NCBI GenBank assembly: GCA_013265495.1
Contig: MU058444.1
Location: 1,302,001 to 1,366,000, forward strand
Direction: 5' to 3'
Origin: Vicugna vicugna
Lineage: Eukaryota
Length of the DNA: 64,000 nucleotides
Shown: one piece after another, positions 12,701 to 24,294 of the stretch
Numbering within the stretch: position 1 is the stretch's first letter
Layout: each line of letters starts with the position of its first letter
Position numbers and translations under genes: made by a program
The notes under the pieces: model-generated
The model's input: only the letters and a program-made list of their open reading frames with translations
Databases searched by the model: none
What the model was told of the DNA's origin: nothing

Positions 12701-13009
12701 TGTGAAGTGGTGGAATTATCACCACATATATTATTCATCTTTGTAGTATGTAGATGGAGGCATTAAATGAGAAAATCTATCTTATCTGACACAGTAGGAA
12801 AGATGTACTTGGTCACTTAAATTTTGTACCACCTATGTAATTCTTGGCAACCAAGAGTAAGACTTACGAAGAAGCGAATTAATAGTTATAAAAATGGTTT
12901 TGAATCCAGTGAGTCTAAATTATTACTTAGACAGCTAATTTCTCTTCATTCTTGCTTTCTCACTAGCTCAAATCTCTGGTGCCCCAAGCCTTTCACAGCA
13001 TCTGTGACA

Positions 13010-15817
13010 ATAAGACCAATTTTCCCAGTTTGCCTGGTTCGGTTCCTGGGTTATGCTTGTCCTGGTGCCCCTTACTATTTAGAATTCCCTGAACTTATTT
13101 AATAATTGTGTTAAAATTAGCCAGAGTGAGTTACGTCAACCTCCTCCTCTGTTCCAAGTGTCTTCCTTAACCTCACCTCGCAGCGTGTGAGACATTTGTT
13201 CCGAGACGGGCGTTCTCACTTTAACACGTGGTTAAATCTGTAAGATGACCGGCCACAAGCCTTTATTTGATCTTTTCCAGATGCAACAGATAACTGAGAT
13301 ATCTCCCTTTCAAGGACAGCATGCAGGGTGCCAGCTGATAAAGTAAAATGTGCTTTGTGAGAAGCAGCTGTGGACCGCGAATCCTCTCTGGTCTTGGATG
13401 ACGATGTGGAGAGAAGAAATCTACCGACCTGCCCCTGGGGGTCCCTTAGTCTTACCGGCTAGTTCGTTGTCCCATGACCCCATCCGAGAGCTGGGAGATG
13501 CCTGAAGCTGTCAGGATACCAATCACCTGGGTCAGAGGGAAATACTGAAAATTAAAGGCTAAGCGTAGCCTGCGTAAATCGTGTAAGGAAACGGAGGCTG
13601 GGCAGTCTTGCTGTGGGGTAGCAAACACTCTAGATACCGTGAGAGTTTGAAAAAAATGTGTTGTGCAATGTAAATTTACAGTTGTTTATTGACTTTAATT
13701 TGTGCTAGGACTTTTTATTTTGAAACAAAATCTTTGGAGAGCAACTGCATGAGAAAATAGAAATGTGCATTTAAATGAATCTGTTCTGAATTTCTATTTC
13801 TCAAGAAAGTTGAGGATGCCCTTGTAATTTGAACAAGATGTGCTTCAGTAGTTACTGTCTACCATGAGGACTGTATGAAAATCAGAGGACATAAATCTAC
13901 AACAGAAGCATTGCCATTTTAAGAAGAGGATACCCAGGGACAACATCTAAACAACATGCAAGTGCAGAAGTGGAGCATATATCCATCTATAAAGCACGAT
14001 TTTTCCGTTTAGATAAATTATTCCTCTAAATTAGTCCTGCCTATTTGCATACAAAGACTTTTTAGTGTTTCTGTGCGTGCGTGTTGGCACATGTAGGTAT
14101 CAAAGAGAGAAATGTTGATGTATTAACTCCATGAGGAAGAGAACCTGTAAGTGACACCTTACATTGTTACCTTGTCTTCAGAGATTTCAAACAGAAAGCA
14201 GCTCAGCTAAGTCTGACGGACATTTGATTTTGCTTTTCATGGGACTCACAGAATCAAAGCCAAGCTGTTGAAATTTACTCCACCAAGGGAACAGATCTGA
14301 CTTTCCTGTGAATGCTATTATAAGTTCAGCTAAAAGTTCAGTGTTGAAGATAATTTTCTTCTAGTGATAATACAAATAAAAATTGGGGCAGAGCGCAACA
14401 GTACAGCAAAAGCAATATTCTTACTAAAGAACTTACAGAGAAAAAAATGTACTTGGAATTGGTTGTGAAGCACAAATAATTCATGAAACTGAGGAAACAT
14501 TCTACTAATCACAATCGAAGATATAGATGTCAAAACATTCACATATTAGGAAATAAACCGTTGAAACACAATTTTTTTGCAATGAAGTAAATGTTGGAAA
14601 AAAACCCAAAACACTGCAGCACAACAATATAACATTCCTTCTTCACTGATGCTCTTTGATCTGATTTTAGAATTTTAGAACCTTTGTGAACAACTCTGTA
14701 AATCAGTCTCAATCTCTGATATGTATTGAGTGTTTTTGTGAAATAATCCTCTAAATTGCGACAGCATTTTGTTCAAAAAGAGTTGGAAAACTTTAAGACC
14801 CATGTCCAATTAATCGAGTGCCCAAGACTACAACTTTTGAAAATTTTGGAAATTGCAATTAGAGAAAATAAAGCTTGCAAAGAGAATTCCTTAATATTTA
14901 TCTTGACTACTTCAAGCTAAGTGGTGAAAGTTCAAAGATGTATAAGATTTAAAACTGAAATTATTTAACTGAGTTTTGTGATGTCTTGAATTTGGAGAAT
15001 CCTTTGATAAAATTCTTATGCTTTCTTGGATAAATTCATATTCTACATGGGAATTAAATGAAATGGGATGTTCACACATTTAATTTAGAAAATATTCAAC
15101 AAAATAGATATTGAATCATATTGATATTTATATTGAAAGGTGGTGAATTTGAAAAGAATAACAAATACTCAGAGAGACAACTTGCTTGATGGTTTTATTT
15201 TGCAAATTATTTTGTCAGAGCAAAAGTATTCTAAATGCAATTTAAGAGTATTTTATAATTAGTTGGGTTAAAATATTTTAAAATTCAAACAAAACATAAG
15301 CTTTAGGGATATCTTCTACTTGGAAGATCTTTTTCTGGGCTCACCAAGCAGCAACTGTACAAAAATATTTTCTCAATTAAAGAAGTATTATGTCCCATTG
15401 AGAAGAGTCTCATAAAGAGGTAAAATTTCTATTTTACTGAACAAAATATATAACTTTGGAAATGAATGTAGAAACGTTATGGAATATTTTGACGTTAAGT
15501 CCTTATTGAAAAAGCATATACACACATTTCAGGAAGTATCAGTTATATGCTATTAAAGAAAGATATACTGACAAATCGATTAAGTTCATGAATAAATTGG
15601 GGTTTTTTTTTTAATGGTCAGATAATCATGACAATGAAATCTATTTGCTTTAATACTTATGGATGCATATTTTTATTTTCAAAGAAAATTGGAACTATTT
15701 TTTGAAAAGCTATTTTGTAAGTGACCAATCTATGGGTCAATACACAAATATAATTTGAATTACTTTTAGTGCACCTTTCAAAAGGGTCTCAATTTGGAAA
15801 AGCATACAGCCACGCTA
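13010..15817 (+). mobile_element. Near-full-length degenerate hAT DNA transposon (Blackjack-type)
   Basis: Left end gaccaattttcccagtttgcctgg...ttatgcttgtcctgg; transposase remnants SDNTNKNWG (~14363-14389) and NVLGIGCEAQIIH (~14446-14484, decayed CxxH motif); dimerization-region remnant ~15330-15410; degenerate right end gtctcaatttgg...cacgcta. Confidence 0.75.
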
Positions 15818-15857
15818 CAAGATTGAAAAGCACAGCACAGGTGGGAACCTGCGATAA

Positions 15858-16385
15858 GATCGTATCCGGGCTGTGGCACCGGAACAACTTGCCAGAAACT
15901 AAGCAGCTTAAAGCAACACACATCGATCACCACACAGCTCTGGGCGCCGTTTAACTGGGTCCTCGCCTCAGGGTCTCACAGGGCTGTGAGCAAGGTCATG
16001 GGCTGTATTCTCAGCTGGGGGCTGGCCGGGGAGGAGCCCACTTCCAAGTTTGTTTGGATTGTTGGTAGAACCCACTTCTCTGTGGTCAAATGGTTACAAG
16101 CCCTGGTCTTTGCTGCCTGGAGGTTGGAGGCTGCCCTGGTCCCAGAGTCCAGGAGAGCATCTCCTACAGGGCTGCCCACTTTACTGAGCCCGCAGGGAAG
16201 GCGCTCTGCTGTCTGCAAGAGACAGCACCTCCTGCAGTGCAATGTAACCACAGGAATGGCATTCTATCACCTGCTATGTCAGTTAGAAGCCAGTCACAGA
16301 TTCTGCCCGCACTCATAGAGGGGGGACTGCACAAAGATGTGGCCCCAGGAGGTGGGAATCATTGGATCTCATCTTAGGGTTTGTG
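15858..16385 (-). mobile_element. MaLR LTR (MLT1E/F-like)
   Basis: gcttaaagcaacacacat...ctgggtcctcgcctcagggtctcacagggctg...cacttccaag. Confidence 0.8.
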
Positions 16386-16469
16386 CATAACAAACATGTA
16401 TTTGATATTTCAAAGTTTAAAAAAGAAAAAAAGAATGTTGCTGGTATACAATTGCCAATTACTTGTATA

Positions 16470-17004
16470 CTGCAGTGGTTTTAGAATAAGTTCTTTGACA
16501 CCCCAACCATGGGGTGGGGTCTGCCGTGACTCCTTGACTCAGGGCCAACCTGAGTTGCCTCCTTTCTAACCAACAGGACCCTGTGGAAGGGATGCGCTGT
16601 GACTTTGGAGACCAGGTCAGAAAAGGCTACCCAGTTTTTGCCTGATTCACTTCTACCACTTGCTCTTGAAAGGACACATCCTTTCAGGACCCAGCCCCCA
16701 GGCTCCGAGGACTCCCCATCACGTGGGGAGGCCATGCGCAGGTGCTCCAGTCAACGCATCCAGCCCAGATTCCAGAATATGAGTGAAGAAACCATTTGGA
16801 AGTAAATCTCCCAGCCGCAGCTGTTCAGGGCCACAGCCATCCCTGAGTGTTCCCAGCTGAGGCTCCCAACCTAGTGGTGCAAGGAACATTTGTCCTCTCT
16901 ATGCCCTTTTCCTAAATCACAGAATCCACGAACGCAGCAGTGATTGTCGCTTACAGCTCTACAAGTTTGAGGTGGTTCTTTACCCAGCAGTAGTAATGGG
17001 AATC
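16470..17004 (+). mobile_element. MaLR LTR (MLT1G/H-like)
   Basis: ttctttgacaccc...gctgtgactttggagaccaggtcagaaaagg...cccagctgaggctcc...aagtttgaggtggtt. Confidence 0.8.
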
Positions 17005-17197
17005 TATATTGAGGGCTTACGTGCAATTTTTGTTTAAACCATAAGATCAAAAATTCTGACGTGACTCAAAATGTCTGGCAAGACTTTTAATAAAGACCTA
17101 GTGGAAGTTTGGGAACTGCATAGATTTGCATTTTTAAATCCTTTCAAGTACATTTCCCCATATATTTAAATTTCAATTATGTATTTACTTTAAAAAA

Positions 17198-17385
17198 ATT
17201 TTTTTTCATTGAAGTATAGCCAGTGTACAACGCAGTGTCAATCTCTGGTGTACAGCATCATGTTTCACTCATACACGTACATACACAGATTTCTTTCCAT
17301 ACTCTTTTTCACTGTAGGTTACTACAAGATATTGAAAAGAGTTCCCTGTGCTCTACAGTAGAAACATATTGTTTACCTACGTTCA
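17198..17385 (-). mobile_element. L1 3' end (cetartiodactyl-type)
   Basis: poly(T) then ttgaagtatag...tctggtgtacagca...ctacaagatattgaa...gttccctgtgct. Confidence 0.9.
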
Positions 17386-17591
17386 TACTTACTTTCAATC
17401 TAGTTTAATTTGATCTTCATTTTTAATGACATTTATTGGTTTCTTTCTAACTAAACAAAAACCCTAACTTTTGTGGTCATACATGTTCATTATAGACAAC
17501 TAGAAACACATCAAAGCATAGAGTCAAAATCCCCACCCCTTAGAGATAACCATCATTATTAATTGGGTGCATCTCTTCCCAGTGTCTACAT

Positions 17592-17875
17592 ATTTTTTTT
17601 CATTGAGACATAACTGATCTACACCACTGTTAGTTCCAGGTGTACAACACAGTGCTTTGATATTTCTGTACGTTACAGAACGATCACCACCATGACAGTT
17701 ACTACCTGTCACCCTACGAAGATATTGCAATATCATTAACTATATTCCCCATGCTGTACATGTCATTCTGTGACTCATTTATTTTTTGCAACTGGAAGTT
17801 TGTACCTCTTAATCTCCCTCACCTATTTCACTTACCCCCAAATCCCCATAACCACGTTTGTCCTCTTTATCTACA
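17592..17875 (-). mobile_element. L1 3' end (older, L1MA9-like)
   Basis: ccaggtgtacaacacagtg...actatattccccatgctgtacat...aactggaagtttgtacctctt. Confidence 0.85.
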
Positions 17876-18289
17876 TACGTATTTAATACATGACATACGT
17901 ACTTAAAATTTTTTTTCTTTCAAATCTGTTATCAGCCGTTAGTTCACAAAGTTTGGATCACTAGAAGCTCAATTTTGCATTCAACCATTGCCTGCCAGGT
18001 TAAGAATCATACATTTAAAACAGCTGTGACAATTCTATTTCATACGTAGACATTGAAAATTAATGACAAACACTAAAATGCACATGGCCAGTAACTAAAG
18101 CCACTTGTTCACTTATCAATATGGAAAAATATTTAAATTAAACACGACCAACCAAATGAAAAATATATCAAAATAACATGTGATGTATAAAAAGTACAAT
18201 GTTATGCGTGAAATGCAATGATTCTTGATAAGCAACACGATGTGAGTGTCTTTTGCTTTTCCACTTTCGAGTTTTTTTTTTCAAGGTCA

Positions 18290-19400
18290 GACTGCAATAT
18301 TTAGATGGTATGAATAATGCAAGACATTTCTTGGACCCTAATACCAGGAAGTTATAATATTGTGATTTTTGGCTTTCATTACAAATACCATGTCAATAAA
18401 CTTAATAATAATTTAATAAAGAAATTTGGGGGAAAAAATCTTGGAATCGTTCACACTATTATTTCAGAAAGCTCAAAATATGATGCCTCTATGAGGCACT
18501 CCCTTTCATCACATGAGTACTAAAGACATACGAAAATAAAAGGTTAAATGTGATTTACGGCAGCTTTCTACCTATGAAGACATAGCTTCTTCCATAACAA
18601 AACAGTTCTTACATAAGAATTAATCCCAGATTTTCAAAGCTGCGATTGAAAAGGATACAGAAGTTGTTAGGACGGAATTGAAATAGAAGATATATTAAAA
18701 AGTCATAAAAGGAAGATGTTGTAAAAGCTCAGGGCTCGCAGCCCAGAAAATTACATTTCTGGATTCTATGGAAATCCAAAAATACAAATCCTTCCATTTA
18801 TTCCGTTATCTTTGAGGAATGGTGGGAAGGAACACCAAAGACAGTGGGAAAATGAAGTAATGACCTTCGAAACTACAGGCTTAAAATATTAATTTCAGGT
18901 AAGATTTCTAATGGCAATTATCAATGGGACTAATTTTAAGTAGCGAAAATGGAAATGCGGATCATTGTGACCAGCACAACTTCACAAAAATAAGGCATTT
19001 TAAACACTTTTTCTTTTTTTTCTGAATTATTAGCCTGGTATGGTAAGACAAGGAAATGGAGTTGAATATCTGGATATTTCACCTTCACAAGGCAAAGCTC
19101 AGAAAGGAATAAGATGACTAAGAGGATATGTTTGGGAAATTCGACTGTAGGAGGGTGAGACTGGAGACTGATGGGTGTGACAGCAAAGATTAGAATTTGG
19201 ATCAGTGCGTTAAAGTCAAGGTTCTGTGTAATGAAGAGTAGATTTCTCACTGTAGGAGCATGGTCAGCTAACCTGCAGGACTTCAGGACATATAAGACAC
19301 ATAAAGGCTTCTCGCTGGATGTGTTCAAACACAGAGAAAAAAAAAAAAAACCTGCCTTTGGCTGCAGAAGGGTCTATCAGTTATTAACTGTCATTAAGGT
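18290..19400 (+). mobile_element. Ancient L3/CR1 LINE with ORF2 remnants and 3' end
   Basis: Frame at ~18730-18910 reads LHFWIL...SVIFEEWW...NYRLKILISGKI, resembling CR1 RT LHPRVL...SIIFEKSW...NYRPVSLTSIPGKI. 3' motif ctggatgtgttcaaacacaga at ~19315. Confidence 0.6.
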
Positions 19401-20224
19401 CACCCCATGTCCTGATGTACAGAACGTGTCTTACATTTAATTATTTTCTATCTTGTACTTAATTTGATAGGATACCTTAAATGCCCTTTATTCAGATTTT
19501 GTCCAAAAATTACAAAAATATGACACACCTATTTTTCTGCCGCAGTAATTGGCCCTTGAATCACTTCCATTAAGAGACAATCTCCTAGGTATTTTTCTTG
19601 CAGTTTTGGCCAAGGGAAGATTAACCGAGGGGAATGAGAATGAAAAGTACTTCCTTTCCATGTTCAAAGAAGTGAAAGAAAAGAACTCTGTCTGGGTCTG
19701 AGCTCAAAGTCATGGCGAGGGGCCGCCATTGCACGGAGATAATTTTGAATCTGCACACAGTCCCTGAAATCCGCCAGTCAGCACTTCTGGAAGTTAGCAA
19801 ATGAATGAGAGCCCAGAGCTTCTGAAAGTCAGCCAATCGGTGACCAGTGACCAGTGTAGACAACAGCCAATCTGCCTCTGTCTCACTCCAGTGACCTTGA
19901 ATTAACCAGAGAACAAAAGTTGGACGTGATGATCGTAGACGCTGTGTTACATGGAAGTGAAACATGGGCTGTCCCTGCAAGGAATCTGATAAGCAAATTA
20001 TGAAAACAAACAAACAAAAAAAGGAAGTGTTAAGTAGCACCAAATCATCAGAGAAATAGAATTAAAGAAAGAAGGATGTCATGTAGATACTCGTGATTTA
20101 CTGCAGACAAATCACTTTTAGCAGAGATGCGTCCCATGCACATTTTATTTTTATCTCAATGTAAATGGAGCCATGTATACATGTAATTAGAAATAATTCG
20201 CATTTAAGTGGGCATCTCGGATCT

Positions 20225-20930
20225 TTATTAGCTAAAGCTGGCAACTCAGATGGAATGGCCACAAATAGCAGAATTTCAGTGCCATACACTTGTGAACGTG
20301 AATTTTGAGCCCACAGGTCAGTTGGGTAGCTGTGCTGATCCGGAAAGAGCTTGCTAATTTTAAGTGCGCTCTGTATTCAGTCGATGGGAAGGTTAAGGGC
20401 TGGCTGTCTGAGGTTGGCCTTACTCCTCTGCTTGGCTGTTTGCTAACTGTTGACTGGGGCTATTGGAGTGGCTGGGACACAAGACTCCTGTCCTTCTGTA
20501 GGATAGCCTTGGCTTGTTCTCATAGCAGTTGGGAAAGTTTCCAAGAGAAACAGCGGATGCATACAAAGTCTCTTCACTGGCACACTACCAAGTCCACAGC
20601 CTTCTATTGGCCAGACCAAGTCCCAAGTTTAATCCAAACCCAGAGGGTAAAGAAATAGACTTTTTTCCTTTTTTCTTTTTTTTTCTTTCTTTTTCTTATT
20701 ATTGAAGTACAGTCAGTTACAATGTGTCGATCTCTGGTGTACAGCATCAGGTGCCAATCATGCATACACATACATACATTTGTTTTCATATTCTTTTTCA
20801 CTAAAGGTTATTATAAGATATTGAATATAGTTCCCTGTGCTAACTTCTTGAAGCTACTGAGCCACACTGCAAAGAATTTGAATACAGGAATGAATTTCCA
20901 TTCACTGTGGCCCTTTTTGCAACACTCAGC
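20225..20930 (-). mobile_element. MaLR LTR (MLT1G/H-like) interrupted by an L1 3' end
   Basis: ggcttgttctcatagcag...ttctattggccagaccaagtc...gaaatagact; resumes after 20841. Confidence 0.65.
20660..20841 (-). mobile_element. L1 3' end (camelid-type)
   Basis: T-rich tail then attgaagtacagtcagttacaatgtgtc...taaaggttattataagatattgaatatagttccctgtgct. Confidence 0.9.
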
Positions 20931-21686
20931 ACTCAGGGATTTAAGCAGTTTAACTCTAAAATGTTTTTTTTTATTGGTAGGTCAGCACACTTTCTAATTG
21001 TAAAACGTTCTTTGTGAACTGGATATTAATTGATGCATAAGAAAATTGACTTGACTGTTAGTCACTGACTGATCAAATTTCAGAATTCGTGTGCTTTTTA
21101 ATATTAATTTCTCATATTAAATGAAGCCTATACAATATAAACATGTAAACCATAAGTAATATGATTTAAATTTTGTACGTTTTCCTATTTTTAGCAATTC
21201 TTTTCCTACACACCCTTTTTCAATCTAGACAAATGGAAACTGTTGGGTCCTAATGTGCCCCCCGATTGCCTTTCCCTTATAGCTGCCATGAAAGTTTCTC
21301 CACTTCAAAATAGGATCAATAAGAGTAATAATATTTAATTAATGAACTAGCTATGTTATCTAATTCTTTTTTTCATTTGGCACTAGGTCTCTTGGCTTAC
21401 TTAATGAGATACATGAAGATTACAATTTACAAACATCCTTGGTCAAATAATAAAATCAGTTAAAAGTAAGTGTGCAGAGCTTGGAATTGTGCAGAACTGG
21501 CATTTTATATCTGACTCTCTGGTACCAAAAGAAATCTCATAGATCTTTTAGTCTGAGAACAAGTGATTGAACATTGTTCACATGCACACACAAAAATTAA
21601 TTACTAAAACTAGGATATGTTTTAAGAGTATTTCCATTCTCACAGAGCCTCAAAATTTCATACAGTCTATAATTATATTTTCTTTT

Positions 21687-21782
21687 ATTTATATATATTT
21701 TTTAAATGGAGGTGCTGGGGATTGAACCCAGGACCTCATGCATGCTAAGCATGCGCTCTACCACTGAGCTATACCTTTCCTC
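21687..21782 (-). mobile_element. tRNA-Ala-derived SINE (Vic-1 type)
   Basis: Reverse strand ggtatagctcagtggtagagcgcatgcttagcatgcatgaggtcctgggttcaatccccagcacctcc with Pol III A/B boxes and an A-rich tail; TSD tatattttc(t/c)ttt at 21674-21686 and 21783-21795. Confidence 0.92.
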
Positions 21783-22801
21783 TATATTTTCCTTTAAATC
21801 ACAATCTTTGATGATACATTTCCAACAATTCATAAATTCTCTTGACTTGTTTGTATTTTCTTCCACAATCAAACACAGTATCAATAAGCTTAAGTCCATA
21901 ATCATCCAACTGGAACTAAAAATTTGTAACTTCCCATGCACTTAATCATTTCAGGTATTATTTCATTTATATGAAATTCATGAGAATTCTGTTTTCAATA
22001 AGTAATATCAGCCCTTGGGTATTTGGTATTTTTTCATTCTTCCTACAAGAAAGCAAATGATGCAATGAAAATAATCAGACTCAACAAGAAACCAAGCAAG
22101 GGCTTCCATACAGTTGAAGAAACGATCATGAGGAGGATGACCAGTTGGTATCACTATACGATAAAGCCAATTGCAGATGCTGCAATTAGGGATCATCTGA
22201 CTAAGAGAAGTTAAAAAATTTTTCCCATCTCCAACGTTGATACCCTGTCCCTAACTCATTCCTAGTTGATAATTTCAGATACTTGGTGTTGTCCTGGGCA
22301 CTGCTTTATTTCAAGTTTATTTAGGTTATACTTTGTTTTAGGTTTTATCTCAAATTAAACTCCATTTTAAAACATCAGATAGGGAGATATTTGTGAGGGA
22401 GTGCTCTTGCTTCCTGTGTTTCTCTGTTCTTATCGGGGCTTCTCATTGCTCAATTTGAGTGAAGTAGATAGTTTGCCATTTTAGTGGACATCATCTCCTG
22501 TGTTCATGCAACACAAACATGGGTAGATTCTGAATACTAAGCCCTTCTCAGTGGTCTTAGTATTTACTTCCTTCACTTCATGATTTGGGGGCCAGAAATG
22601 GCCATACCACCAACTTACTCCACTTTTGTGTCTTCTTTCAGAAGAATTGGTGGCATCCTTCGTAGGACCCATCATTAACTTTGGTCTTTCATTACATCCC
22701 ACCAGTCTGAAAGTGATTAGGTTGCCTGCTTAACTTGAAAAATCAAAAATTATAAAGCATATTTAATCTCTTTATCTTTTATTTTTAAGAAATCATTCAT
22801 T

Positions 22802-23010
22802 TGCAGAGTCACACTACATACACAAAATAGACTGACAACAAAGTCCTACTATATGGCCCAAGGCACAATATTGAATACCTTGTAATAACCTATACTGGAA
22901 AAGAATGTGAAAAGGAATATATGTATATATAACTGAATCACTATGCTGTACACCAGAAATTAACACAACACGGTAAACTGACTCTACTTCAATAAAAAAA
23001 AAATAAAATA
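22802..23010 (+). mobile_element. L1 3' end with TSD
   Basis: ataactgaatcactatgctgtacaccagaaattaacacaaca...tacttcaat(A)n; flanks aaatcatt(c/g)att. Confidence 0.9.
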
Positions 23011-24294
23011 AAAATCATTGATTTCTCTTGTATTTTATGATTTCTTCAACAAGAATATTCTGTTTTTTCTTAGTAGAGGTAAACTAATGAACAGAAGCAT
23101 AAGAAGCATTTTTTTAAAGTAACTTGATAGTAATAGTTTAAAAAAATGTAAAAAATGTAACTTGATAGGAAGTGTATGTACTATTCCATAAGTACATGCA
23201 AAAGTTTTGTTTACTCAGTATCTATTTCCATAGAAAAGTAGTTTGTGGGAGTGTCTAGAGAGTTTGGTGGGGAGACAGGTCATTCATAAAAGTTTCTCCT
23301 CCAAAATTTTCCTTCCCCTTTTTCCTTTTAAATAGAAGAAAAATCAGATGCATCAGGGGGCTGGCCCCGAGGCGGCGGGCTCCACCACCAATGAATGTTT
23401 TATCTGCAGATCCCTTTGCCAAGTTTCCTACTGACAAAGGCTCCCTGAAATATGAACCTTTAAGTCAATTCATCAGAAAACAAATATTACATATAAATTA
23501 GTTTGAGGCAAAGAAAATCACACACATTCTTTACTTCCACAGTTATTTTGAAACAAAACAAACCCCTTTTACTTCTGCCAAAGAATGTAACAAACACAAT
23601 CACTAGTCACGTAAGTCTGAAGACTGAGTTTATATTTTCAGCTTAGTTTCAGTTAACATTGGTGGTGTTCAAGTTATCCAGGTTTATATGTCATAATTTT
23701 TAAATGACATTTTCATAGACTATACATCTAGTTTCCTAAACCTTTGGATTGAGACAAAAGAAATTTTATTTATTTTTTAAACATTTTTTATTGAGTTACA
23801 GTCATTTTACAAAGGAAATTTTAAAATATGAATATAGAAACATTGGTACTTATACCAGGGGGACATATTCAAAATGTATATGTGGAATTTTCAAGGGCTA
23901 CCGGCATCTAAAGTTGGCAGTTGGAAGGTTTTATTTTTCTGGTTTTTAAGTTAATAATAAATTAAATGTTTTCCTTGAAAGCATCCCAATGGCAGAAAAC
24001 CTAAATGTACAGAATAATTAATGAGGATGATACAAGCTGCGGCGGTTTCTGACGGTTTCAGCCTCTCTGAATGCAGAGACTTAGATGATTATTTTCAAAC
24101 TGCTATTTTCTTAACAATGGGGAGGGGGCATCGCAGGGAGTATTCCGAGAAGTTTTACTTGTATTCATTTTCAGCCCTCTTGGGTAGAAGTGACCGTTTG
24201 AAAAAAGAAAAAAAAAAAAGAGGAAAACTCAAGGGTCAATCCGTCATAGAGCATGTCTGTTGTTTACATTATTTAATTGGTTTACATTTAAACC

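Larger units (their letters stand above)
20970..24168 (-). pseudogene. Candidate unprocessed multi-exon pseudogene of an unidentified membrane protein (~325 codons, ~11 in-frame stops, at least 3 frameshifts)
   Basis: Putative exons 24168-24034, 23907-23856, 23444-23215, 22733-22619, 22196-22047, 21915-21818, 21302-21179 and 21064-20994; internal exons are AG/GT-bounded. Junctions 23856>23444>22733>22196 and 21818>21302 are phase-compatible. AATAAA at 20975-20970; CpG-rich patch immediately upstream. Confidence 0.5.

Noticed and set aside
18286..18898. Protein-like plus-strand 'exon' with a good acceptor and a CAG|GTAAGA donor
   Set aside because: The translation matches CR1/L3 ORF2 motifs (SVIFEEWW, NYR..I.GKI), so it is a LINE fossil. 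It also shows that protein-like appearance alone can mislead.
21707..21778. Apparent tRNA-Ala(AGC) gene
   Set aside because: The acceptor stem is mismatched (AAAGGTA/CACCTCC), it has an A-rich tail and TSD, and two related copies occur in the window, so it is a SINE.
22023..22214. Plus-strand 63-aa ORF overlapping the hydrophobic pseudo-exon
   Set aside because: It has an acceptor-like site but no good donor or neighbouring plus-strand exons. The minus reading fits the exon chain better, though this remains an alternative explanation for the hydrophobicity.
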